Assembly (NCBI GenBank): GCA_017499595.2
Contig: CM038999.1
Span: forward strand, 1,054,001 to 1,118,000
DNA length: 64,000 nt
Direction: 5' to 3'
Source of the DNA: Psilocybe cubensis
Taxonomy: Eukaryota
Part shown: in pieces, positions 49,706-61,874 of the stretch
Layout: each line of letters opens with the position of its first letter
Position numbering within the stretch: the stretch's first letter is position 1
Notes under the pieces: model-generated
What the model saw: only the letters and a program-made list of their open reading frames with translations
Told to the model about the DNA's origin: nothing
The model's database searches: none
Translations under genes and position numbers: made by a program

Positions 49706-52700
49706 ATGTCGGCCGACGACACAATTCTGCGTACAGGCGAGCACGGTCAAGGCCGCACCGTCCTTGCTTTCTCTCAGGATGGAGAGTGAGTAAATTTCTA
49801 CCGCTCTGGTGTGATTAGAATCCCCGTTTTTAATTGGCAAACTGCGACACTAGATACACTTTTACAGGTGGTGGGGATGTTGTGGTATCAATATGGAAAA
49901 CAGACGAGGGCAAGGAGGGTGAACCATCGTTTGCTATGGATGGAGATTATCCCATAACAGCACTTGCAGCTGCGGTACGCATTTTATTAAACGAGAATTT
50001 GGTTATTATAATCATTTAAATTTTACAGGACGATTGCTGGCTGGCTGGCGACTCAGAGGGAATAGTCAGGCGATATACCAAGAACTCCAACCAAGTTGTT
50101 GGTCTTTTGATGACTGTAACTCTTCCCGTTCGATGCCTGGCGTTCGATCCAAATGGTAGAAAGGTGGCAATAACACACGAGTGAGCTGATCCTCGCACTG
50201 CTCATAGATGCGATTTTTAACCATCACGTAGCGACAAGTGGGTTAGGCTTTTGGATATTGAGGATACGACCGTTACGGTGGACTTGAAAGAGGGTTATAC
50301 ATCAGGTGTCCGAAGCGCGACGTGGCACCCTTCTGGATCTCTTTTGGTGAGTAAGTTGCATTTATACCTCTATTTTCACAGACTGAGGGCACTTCTTTTG
50401 AGTCAACTTGCACTCATGACGGCAAAATTGTTATATGGAATATGTCATCCGACAAGCCAAAGCTGGAGAAAATAATCGAAGGAATTATTCCGGTAGTAAA
50501 GGATACTGAGTACGTCATTATCAACTTGACCTTGACCAATGGGCTGAAAACCATCAGTTCACCCGAATTTATGCATGATGTATCTGTAATATGGCACACG
50601 TCTGGAGAATACTTTTTTGTAGCAACCAAAGGCCATGGTACGTCACAAAACAGACCTTTCATTTCAATTGATAGGTTCATATGTTTTATGAATAGAAATT
50701 GTCTCTATATCACGCAGCGACTGGACCAAAACGGCAACTTTCTCTGATTCAAATGCAATAGGCACAGTCAACGCTCTTGCTTTATCACCGAATGGCGTGT
50801 ATCTTGCTTCAGCGTCGGGGTCTAAGGTTAATATCTGGTCTACTCAAACACGTCGCTTGATAGCCAGGTAAACGCTTTAATTCATTTTTACACTTGGTAT
50901 TACAACTAACTTATCTATTCAGTGAAAAGGCCCACCCAGAATCAACTATCTGTCAGCTGTTGTTCTCGCCCCGGAAGAATCTGATAGCATGGACAGACAC
51001 AGATGGCAAGTTCAACAGATGGGCGAGACCTATACCATCTGGGATGCCCGACCCTATTCGTTCTTCTATATCTACGAAGGGTTCTGCAACCATTTCAGTC
51101 AAACCACACACGGGTTTAGACCTTTTCGGAGATGATACACAGGAAGATTCTATTGCTGTGGACAAGGAGGGTGCCGACGACGACGTGGACCTCGACGACG
51201 ACATGGCAGATATTGACGACGGCTGGATTGTAGATGACTTGGACGGAGCTCACGCCCCAACAGCAGACGCTGAAGGGAGCTCAAAAGAGAAAAAGGTTAT
51301 GAGAATGGGTCTGTCCTTTTTATAAACCTTGTTGAACATTCCTAACTGGTTCCATTAGTGAACATCACTGAAGCTCAGGAAGCCTTCCAACCAGGCTCTA
51401 CCCCGATGGAAAATAGAAAGCGATATTTAGGTCAGAAATTGAATCGCAGAATGTCTAAGGCTTGATTGTGATACCTTTGAATTCGCAGCATATAATATGA
51501 TTGGTGTTATCGACGTCACTGATCAAGATACTCATAATATTGTAAACGTGGAATTTCACGATCGGTCTCAGCGGTCAGGATATTACATTACCGACAACTA
51601 CAAATACGACCTTGGTTATCTAGGTAAATCATCTAAATTATATCTGATTATATCCTACTAAAATTTGTATTTCAGGCGAGAGAGGGGCAGTGTTCGCATG
51701 TCCCCCAGATGGCGACCATCGCGCCGAGGTGCTATTCAAACCATATGGCAACACCAAAGCCAACGATTGGACATATAAGCTCTCTAAAAAGGGGGTCAAG
51801 TGCCTTGGAATTGCCGCTGGTGCACTGCCATATTCTTCACGGAACACACCAGAGAATGAATTGGAAGGATTTGGGCACGTAGTGGTAGCAACATCTGAAA
51901 ATGACCTTACATTCCTATCAGGAACTGGGCGAGAGCGCCGGATTATGGCCCTCGGAGGGGAGTTTGTTACCATGGTTGCGAGCGCTGAGTGGGTGTTTGT
52001 TGTCCACCGCGCAGGCTCTACAACATTTGACGGTAAGCTGTTGATACTTTCGCTATCTGACAATTATACTCATTCCAAGGGTAATTTAGGCTCGCAGAAT
52101 TTATCCTACAGCATCATCAACTTTGAAGACTTTTCTGTTCGCCAGAGGGATGTGTTACCAATTCCCAAGAAGCATACTTTGAAGTGGGTTGGAATCACTG
52201 ACCAAGGGGTTCGTTCTTCTGTTTAAATCGGCAGACGGTTGTGCTAAGTTATGTTCCAGGCTCCTGCTATCTTCGACTCCACCGGTTACGTGCATATACT
52301 CACTAAATATCGCATTCCACACCATGCATCATGGGCTCGCGTCATGGACACGAATACTTTGGAACGGAGGCAAGGCAAAGACGAATCTTACTGGCCAGTT
52401 GGCATTGCTGAGAACAACCTAATGTGCTTGATCTTGAAAGTTAGTCTTACACGTTTTTGTACTTATCGAAGTTCTGACATTTATTGTATTACAGGGACGG
52501 CAAGAATACCCATCATTCCCAAGGCCTTTGATTCAAGATTTACCTATGCAAATGCCCTTCCGACAAAGCACTGCCCAAGAAGAGTCGTAAGTTAATTAAA
52601 AGTCATTTTGACTGCTTCAGCTGATAGGAATTAGGATTGAACGTGAAATGCTCCGAGTTGAACTGGAACTGGATTCACTAGATGAAGAACTTACCACCAA

Positions 52701-53838
52701 TGACATCGTATCGCGGGAAAAGGCTATGGACAAGGAGTTGATCATGCTCATCCAAGCGGCTTGCAAGGCCGGAAATGTCCCTCGAGCCATTGAATTGACG
52801 AAGCTTCTGCACCACACTGGTGTCCTCGACGCTGCCATGCAGGTGGCAGATTTCTACCACTTACCCGGTCTCAAGGAGAAGATGCGCATAATCAAAGACA
52901 AACGAGAGGATCAGGAGGACAGGCTTATTGCTGCACGCGAGAAAAGAAGACGGTGGCTGAAACCAGACGCGCCGTTACGCCAAATTGCGGAGTCGTCCTC
53001 GATATCCTTGTCTTCGCGGTATGACCCGCTAGCAGACTTCAGGCCGCCACCTGTAATTGAAAGGCCTGGTATGTCGCGTGTTACACAACCGAAAATCGAG
53101 AGGACTGTCTTCTCTTCACATAACACGCCCTCGGTCCATTCAACTCAAGAACGTCCAGGCTGGGATGAGTCGAATTTTCCTGACTCCCCTCCGAGTGAAA
53201 CGAAACGGAAGAGAGCTGAGATAGAGGATTCGATCCCGAGTTCGGATATTTCGATGCCACCCCCCAAACAAAGTGAGTTTCGACTGATCACAATTGTTAT
53301 ATCATTTAACCTCAATTTCCTAGAATCCAACCCCTTCGCCCGCAAAACGAACGAAACCAATAATAAAAATCTATTTGCTCGAAAGGCCGAGTCGAATAAA
53401 CCTGTTCAAAAAAGCGAGAGCTTCTTTGAAAAAGTTGACGCTGCAGAGTCTGAAGCAGCACCAAGAAAACGTATGGCATTTTTCTTTTCACATTCGAGCA
53501 GTTCGCAAAAATGCTAAACGATGGCTTTAGGACCCAACGCTGCAAAGGGCAAAGACAAGGCTGGCAAGGAAGGAGGTTCTAAACAGGCCACATTGTTCGG
53601 GATGATGGGCAAGGCTGCCGATAAAGGGTTGAAACCCAAGAAGAAAACAGAAGTAGACACGAAAGCCGTTCCATATGCAAATGGCGAAGAAACCCAAGCC
53701 GATTCGCAAATGACTGATTTGACGATGTCAGAGTCTATGGTGGTTGAATCGCAGGAGCTTGAGGAAACTCAACCGGCAGAGGAGTGGGATGATATTGCAG
53801 AGCCACCGGTTTCCGATGCTATTACATCGCAGGCATAA
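49706..53838 (+). CDS. CTF4: Replisome hub Ctf4/Mcl1/SepB (WDHD1/AND-1)
   Basis: N-terminal WD40 repeats, acidic linker, FQPGSTP...RYLAYNMIG..VEFHD, SepB domain ..YWPVG.., helical MDKELI.LIQAACK. Confidence 0.93.
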
Positions 53839-54104
53839 TCTCCATTTCGTTCGCATTCGAATTTGTACCACACACCTAGCGACCCCGTATTAACCCTGGA
53901 TATCAATCATGTATTATTTTTGTTCATAATTTATGTAACTTTTTTTTCGTATACAATCACTTGCTGTTTGAAATAATGATTCCGACCAGTTTGATAACAA
54001 CTCGTGGCTACCCCTTGGATATAGAAACGCCAAGAAGTGATTTTTAGTCCACAAAACGTTTTGCAGCGAAGGAAGTCACTGGATGTCGACTCTCGATGCA
54101 AAGG

Positions 54105-56356
54105 TTACATCTTCTTGGAGAACATTTGTTCGATCCCGAGATCCTGAGGAAAGAATGAACTTGGTTAGATGCGTGAGATAAGTAGAACATTAAGCTGTAC
54201 ATACAGTTGGTCTGAATGGCCATTTGATAAATGCTTGAACGACTGCGTTCCAGTCCTGGATGGTGAAGCTACGAGGAGATTTCGTGACGTCAAATGGTTT
54301 AGAAGGGTCTTCAGGGTTGGTAAGGTATTTCATCATATTATATGCACCGGGACCCAAAGCCCTGAGAGGAGGGATGATGAGTAACAAAATACAACGATTC
54401 AAGATTATGAATCTTACGAGATAGATCTTTCCAGAGGGGTGGCTTTCACTACGAATAGCTTCCGAACGACATAGTCCCAATAATCAAGGTCACCAGGAAG
54501 GATGACCTACAATGATAGGATCGTGCTTGTTAGCGAACAGGTCAAAATGCACGTAAATAGAGTCAATTTACTGGCTGGGCCATGGGCAAGAATCCACCCG
54601 CTACACGAGGACTTCCAGCACGTCTTTTCTCCAGGTTAAAGGTCTTTTCTTCAAATGTATTGTACCGCTCTGGATGGAAATGCTCGCCATAAGGCTGTAG
54701 GGCATCATAGGGAACCGTTTGCGAGAGATGAGCAACCGCCTGCGCCATGACTGACACTTTACAGCGAGCTTGCCCCAATTTGGTGACCGCTTCGGGTGCC
54801 TTAAATCTCTGTGTCAAATGAATAGCAGCCCAATGAAGAAAACGAAAGAATCGAGCGTCAAATATATTCCTACAATGAAAAAGAATCACGAACCTCCCAC
54901 ATGCGGTCAGGAAGAATAAAGTTCATAGGCATGCGACCAAACTTAAATAGCCACTGACGATCTGGAACTGTACGAAGGAGCTGTGCGCCAACTAATTCAC
55001 CATCCACACCCGAGCCCATTTGCATAATAAAGTGCAACGTGGGATGAACTGAGATATATTGTGAGGGCAAGTAAAAGAAATATTGATAAATCGAATTTGC
55101 CTTGTTCCCAGTCAACGATTTCAACGTCATTTAAAAGCCCTGCCTTTTCAAGGTCAGTATATGTCCCCCAGTTTCTTGCGTTCGCTTGAACAACAGTAAC
55201 TCGATCGTCTATTTCTTCCAGAGGCTATAAATTGAGTTTGAGGTGAGAAGGGAGGAAGAGGAGATCATGATGAGGTCATGGCTACCTTGACATATTTCCA
55301 GTAGTGAGGTACTGATTCAAGGATTATGAGTTTCTTGATTCGTTCCCTTGGAAGCTTGAGCAAAGCTCGCGACAGCTGCCCAGGACCTAAGAGGTATCAT
55401 GAGGATCATTATGCATTTTGGTGCTCCAACTGTAAATTAAAATTACCAGAGAATGCTTCAATAATAACCTTATCCTTTGAACCCTCCGGAATGATTTTAT
55501 CGGCAAGCATTAACGCAGTTTCGGGATTTCGTAGCGTCGGTCGCTTGGATTCTCTGACATGGGAAAACACTTCTTTCCATTGTGCCATAGGGGGGAGATT
55601 GAGGAAAGGAATCTCGCCGGAGGGATTATCGGTCTCCATGTTTATGAGTTGTGTTCCAGAGGACGACTTCCTTTGCGGTCGAGGAAGAGGCTTTCGATAA
55701 CCCTTACCAGGGGGTCTACCCAATGTCGGGGTCTCTTCAGTCTCACCACTTCGCCGTCTTCGTCTAGGTTTTGGATTAAGGGCTTCCTGTTCGGCGGCGG
55801 CGGCAAGCATTTCTGCTTTTGTCCTACGCTTGCGTCGTTGCCGTATTTCGATTTCCTGTTCGGCGGCGGCGGCAAGCATTTCTGCTTTTGTCCTACGCTT
55901 GCGTCGTTGTCGTATTTCGATTCCAGCTAAAAGTTCGGAACCTTCTACAGAGTGCAGGGAGGCCGGTTCTTTTGAGAGATCCGCGATTTCTGAGGGACTA
56001 AGTGAGCCAGAAACATCAGCGGCGGCACGAGCATGAATCGCATTCACGAGTTCTTTGAGGGTTTCTTTCCTTTTTTGCTTTTCGCTGGCACTGAGAACAT
56101 CAGCTCCCAGATCTGCATTCACCCGTCGTTTTCTTTGTTTTGGAAAGTCTACTCCTTCAGTCAATTCGGAGTGTTCGTCAGAATACGAGGACTGAGAGGC
56201 CTCGGACTGGATGTCATTGAGATGGGACGAGGAAACGGTTGCAAATGTTGAGCGGCGCTGCAAAAATGAACTGGAGGATACCATTGAGCGTTCCAGGTCG
56301 AGCCGCGCGCATCTTGAATATTGCCAAAGAGTCCTCGAAAATTGCACAGTGGCCAT
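54105..56356 (-). CDS. MTF1: Mitochondrial transcription factor / rRNA dimethylase-like (KsgA family)
   Basis: Mitochondrial-type presequence; VIIEAFSGPGQLSRALL; QWLFKFGRMPMNFIL; RCKVSVMAQA; FIKWPFRP. Confidence 0.8.
55784..55921. repeat. Near-perfect 69-bp in-frame tandem duplication in MTF1
   Basis: 55784-55852 and 55853-55921 differ by one base; encodes 2x IEIRQRRKRRTKAEMLAAAAEQE. Confidence 0.95.
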
Positions 56357-56562
56357 CCTGGGTGTTGAATGAAACTATTTCGGGAGCAACTCAGAAAATA
56401 TGAGTGTATTGTTTGTATTGAATTTCATTATCATTCAATCCAAACAAGGAGAGGCTCCGATCCGCCCGCAGGCCACTCCTTGATTCAGATCAAATGGCGT
56501 CCCGTCGCCGACCGTTGTGGTTCATCACAACGACGACTTGCCTACACGAACCTAATGCATAA

Positions 56563-57912
56563 ATGCCAGCCACCATAACTATTAACTGGCGGGCTGTCAA
56601 GCGCATCACTCTCTTTCTCGTTTGTGTAACATTACCTGTGCTCTACTATCTTTATTATACTTTCAAACCTCCTGTCGCACTATACGCCGAGCTCTTTGAT
56701 GCAGAACTCAAAGCCTCGAAAACGGTAGCTGAAACTCGAGGGAAGGACAGATATGTAAAATTTAAACAACTTCAAGGCGCAGGGTTTAATAACCAGGTAC
56801 GGCATCAGTCTTTTTGAAAGTAATACTGAAATTGACTCGATATCTTTTTCTTAGGCCCAAGAAATATTGTTGTACCACCACCTTGCTTTGCAGACCTCCA
56901 GAACATATGTTTACCAACCTCTTATATGGCGTCCACGAGGAGAGAAAGCCACTGTACCACTCTCAGCTTTCCTACTTGGTGTGACGGAGAACAGCATCAG
57001 CGAAGCTGTTTTTGAGCAAGTTTGTCCCCCAGGCGAGGTTGTTCATGTCAATCTGAGGGTTGACTACGCAGACCAATGGTTTCATGCCAAAGATATTCTG
57101 AACCGCAAAGACAGATGCGTTGTGGTTGACGACTGGCTTTTCAATTGGAAGTACGTTGCGAGTCCTGTATTTCCCAATGCTGCGTATGCTAACCAGATTT
57201 TCAAAGCTTCCTGGCGTCCACAGGTCTGCGAGTAGTATGGTCCTCATTTCAAACATATCTGGCCGATCATTTCAAGTGGTCGGAACACGTCTTGGATATA
57301 GTCAACAGGACGGAAGCCAACCTTGGCCTCAGACCAAATTCCAGCGCTTCAGCGGACGGGGAACCTTATATGGCAATCCATCTTCGACGAGGGGATTTTG
57401 AAGACCATTGTTCCTATCTTGCTGAAACTAGACAAGGCTTCACGACGTGGGCAACCCTTCCTCTTATCCAACAGACCATTTATTCTCCGACCCTGGATAC
57501 ATACAATGCCACGTCGGTCATGGCGCATTGTTACCCCAGCCTATACCGCATACTAGACGTCATATCGGACCAGGCACGCAAGAAGCCGCACTTGCGAAGA
57601 TTGCATGTCCTGCACGACGGCTCTTGGGACCACCCGCTGGTTTATCTCCAGTTCTACAAACTTGCTGAAGCGCTGAAGAGCGCAGAGTGGGCCAAAAGGC
57701 ATGGCTGGGAAGGCGGTCCGATGTTACGAGTTACGCAGAGCTCAGATGCGCCTATATACGCAGGCGAGAGGGACTGGACTGTATGCGTGGACGTCGAACT
57801 CGCTCGGCGCGCGGAAGTGTTTATTGGTAATGGCTATTCGAGTCTAAGCACCCAAGTTATTGCGCTACGATTGGCGGACGGTGGAAATATACAGGATATT
57901 ACATTGGTCTAA
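56563..57912 (+). CDS. O-fucosyltransferase-like (GT-B) type II membrane protein
   Basis: N-terminal TM; GAGFNNQ; YMAIHLRRGDF; VDVELARRAEVFIGNGYSSLS. Confidence 0.8.
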
Positions 57913-58309
57913 GAATTGCTTTCTCGTTGAGGATTATGTATTTATTGTTTTATTTACACAATGTTTTGCTAGAAGACGGAACCTGCAGTTTAGCTTTGAC
58001 GAATAGTGAAAAATCGAACAATTATCCACCAAAGTACCGAAGTTGCTTATGATTTGCCACGTTAGCGTGTGCATGTGGAGCGGGAGCCGAGATCCAGACG
58101 TACAGGAACAACATATCAAATTTCTTGTTGATTGAACGGAAAGTGACACCATTCATCCGTAATGTGTACTCAGGTCTTGGATGGGTCCATGTACAATACG
58201 CGCTTGAATGGTCACAGAAAGCTACCTATCCATCCAAAGAGCAGTCTGAAGACCAGAAATCGCGACGCTGGCCGATTTTCTGTAGTGTCGTAACCAGAAT
58301 TCAGGGATG

Positions 58310-58410
58310 CGGCGCGTATGAACACGCGTGCTAATAAACGGATCGGTAATTAAACGCGAACACACGTGATGACGCGACGCGTTTACGCGCCTGTCACCCT
58401 TCGCGTCTTG
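58310..58410 (+). promoter_or_regulatory. MCB-like element cluster upstream of CDC6
   Basis: ACGCGT at 58324 and 58377, plus ACGCGA, ACGCGC and CGCGT variants within about 100 bp. Confidence 0.55.
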
Positions 58411-58554
58411 CCTCGTTTATCGGTTTGATGTCAGTGGCGGAGATTGAATCGCCGGATACACTACCTGCGCCGCCCGTGCTCTTGTTCTTCCCATCCTACG
58501 ACAACGTCCTCCTTGTCGTTGTAGAGCCTCTTTCCTACTCCTCGTATTTCAACA

Positions 58555-60676
58555 ATGCAGACACGGAGCACCGTCCTTGGGAAGAGAGGCCATCAGGACT
58601 CGACACCTGTGCCTTCAGTTAAGGCATGTGAACAGCTTCAGACCCCCGACCGTACCCCAAATCCAAAGCGTGCTCGCACTAATGGAAACGTCCTGGATGA
58701 CGACGGGAACAAAGAGAACATACCGCCACTCAAGGTTTCGCCCGGGAGCGTTGATAGCTCCCCCAGGGCGGCCAGAGCCCTAAGGAGGAACGCGACAGAA
58801 ACTGCGGTCACACCCACTCGTAATCGCCCAGGTACGTTTCCTTCATACCGTTTTTCTACATTACTTCGTTTATTTAGTGTCGCATTCGCATATTGTAGCC
58901 ATTCGACGAAATGCATCGCTGTCATCAATGCCACCGACGACGCCATCAGTCGAAATTTTAAATCTGGCAATTTCAACTCCACCACCAACTCCGCCAACCA
59001 ATCTCCTTCCTGTCCATGCTCGCGCTCGCGCGTTACTCCGCGCGACATACAATAATGCTCAACATGAAATTGCCGGTCGTGTCACAGAGCGCAAGGCGAT
59101 TGTCGATTTCCTCGCGCCATTTATCGAAAACCGACCAACAGACGATGCTGAGAATGCATCGAGCATGTTCATCTCAGGCTCTCCTGGTTCTGGCAAAACT
59201 GCATTGGTTAATGCCATTATCCGCCAGCTTTCTAGCGAAAACAACGCGGCTGTCAATGTCGTCTTCATTAATTGCGTGGCACTAAAGGGCGTTGATGCTC
59301 TATGGGAACGCATGATTGAAGATCTCAACGCAGGCATCAAACGAAAACCTGCCGCAAAGAAGGCGAAAGGCCGAGAGGGTGTCATGTCCATCTTGAATAC
59401 CTTGAGTTCCAAATGGTCAGTTGCCGATCTCTTCTTTGGAGGTTTCTTTCTCATTTGTTCTTCTAGCATTCTCATCCTCGATGAGCTCGATCATATTACT
59501 CCGAATGCACATTGCTTAGCGTCGATCTTCACTCTCACCGACGCTCTTTCATCTCAACTCCGTCTCATTGCCATTGCAAACACTCATACTCTGACTTCAT
59601 CGTCTACCAATGGGCTTGTTTTCGGATCCAACGTTCGAACCATCCATTTCGCCCCCTACACTCCAAACCAGCTACAAGAGATTCTCCAATCACGGTTGGC
59701 TCCTCTTTCCGATGAAGATTCTTCGCCGGAGTCGCTGGCGGCAGCCAAGAAACTCCTCCCAGCACCGACCCTGATGTTGCTGACGAAGAAGATCGCCTCT
59801 CTTACAGGTGATGTTAGAAGCCTCTTCGAAGTTTTACGCGGCGCCATCGACCTCGGAGTTGCAGCCTCTAAAAAATCTCTTTCGGAAGAGAATATTTTAT
59901 CCACGCCCTCCATTGCTGTTACCCCACAACATGTATTGGCTGCCCTGAAAGCCTACACACCCGCGTCCAGAACAACTCAAGCCTCCGGCGCATCTTCCGC
60001 GACATCTATGACGTCATCGAACAGTGAGACTGTCACCAAAATCCGTAACCTTGGTCTTCAAGCTCGTTTGGTTCTTCTGGCCATTTTACTTGCCTCCAAG
60101 CGCCTGGAAGCCGGCCTTCCTCTTTTGCCATCGGCATCCCCCCCCAGAAAGTCCTCCGCCTCTCCTATGAAGAGAACCACTTCCCTTCCCAACCCATCTC
60201 CAGTCAGCCCTGGCGTGGAGACTAGCGCCCTTCATGCTTACTACACTACTGTTCTGTCTCGCACCGAAAGCGGCATTTTCGACGCTGTCTCCCGAAGCGA
60301 ATTTGGCGACTTGCTTGGCATTTTGGAAGGTGTCGGTATTGCTACACTGTCATCTTCGCTTGGTACCTCTTCCGTCACTTCTAGTCCAACGAAAGGCAGG
60401 AAAGGGTTCAGTCGCTCGGCCTCTTTCGGTGCTGGTCTGAGCAGGAACGGCGCCGGTACTGTTGGCGAAGTGCGCCTTGCTGAAGGTTTGTGGAGTGATG
60501 AAGTGCTCCGTGGATTGGGTGTGACTGGAGCCATTGACGCCGACGCTCGCGAAGAGGAGGTTCGCGGTATTTGGGAACGCGAAAAAGCCCGTCTTGCGAG
60601 GGATGTCAAAGCCATGGCGTCGGCCTCCACCAATGCCCATCTCAACACCTTTGCTGGTGCTTTCGAGGATTGTTAA
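58555..60676 (+). CDS. CDC6: Replication initiation AAA+ ATPase Cdc6/Cdc18
   Basis: N-terminal S/T-P sites and KEN box (KENIPP); Walker A GSPGSGKT; Walker B ILDELDH; IAIAN; FAPYT..QL..IL..RL; GDVR. Confidence 0.92.
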
Positions 60677-61874
60677 TCCTTTTGCTCCCATCTTTGCATT
60701 TTTCTTCTCTCTCTTTTTATCATCTTTGGTTTTCTGGAATCTCTCTGCTCATCACATATGCTTCCCTCTCTGCATCCACGTCATTTTCATTATCAATCAA
60801 TTATGTTATGTTATTAAGTATGGTCAACCCTATGCAATCCCTCATCGATATGTCTCTCTGTTCCTCTCATACATCACTATTCATTTTCTTTTCGTTTTCC
60901 TTTGATATGTAGCTTTCTTGCATTGTTCTATTCCGTAATCGTTTTGTCCGGGCGTCCTCTCATTCCATCCTCCCTTTTCTGCATTCAGTATGGCCTGCAT
61001 CTATCGATGCACGATTTGCCATTTTTTGTTTTGTTTTATCAAGTCGAAAAGTTGTTTCCGTAGTGTAGAAATCAAAAACTTCATGTGTAGAGTACTCTGT
61101 GCCTGTTGAAACAAATAAACGTTGAACCCACCACAAACCATGACTAGCCTCTTTAGACGCGTTCTATTGACTTAAATGGAAAAAGAGCAAACCGTAACAA
61201 ATAATGTGCGCTGGCGAGTGGCACACTTCCCATATTTAGGAAATGTATTTTGATGGCTGATTGATTGTACTCGCCAACTTTTTTTGCAAACCGACTTTCG
61301 TGAGCTTGATCGATTATAATTTGGGCTCTGTTGGATTTTGTTACACTGTAATATTGCTCTGGCGCTCCTTGTGCTAGTCTGAACACCACATTATTATTCC
61401 AAGGCTGCTCACTGCAGTTCGGTGCTTTCACTGCAACTGAGCCTCCCCTCACATTCGAGCTGGCAGAACGGGCGAGTGGTACTAGAGCTGCGGATTCTTA
61501 TGATATGTAGCTTCGACGAAACCCCTCTTTTGCTCGGCGTGGCTCGGGGAATGCTGGAAAAAAAGTATATGCAGACACCTGGAATCGGTGATGGGCCGCT
61601 TCCACCTGTGCCACTACCTTCCATAACGGGCGTACAGTGAGGCAACCGAGCACATGGATTGTCTTTGCCACCGGAGCACCTTTACCAAATATTCTCCCCT
61701 GGGAAAGTCTTATCGATTCAATCTGTGATATATATTCACAATATTCAGGCCAACCTACGATTTTCCAGATCTTTCCCCACAATCCTTCCTTTGTTTCCTA
61801 CCCTCCCATTGTACCGTCGCTCCCTTCCGGTTGAGCCCACAGCCTAAAATCTCTCATTACTAAACAATATAACC

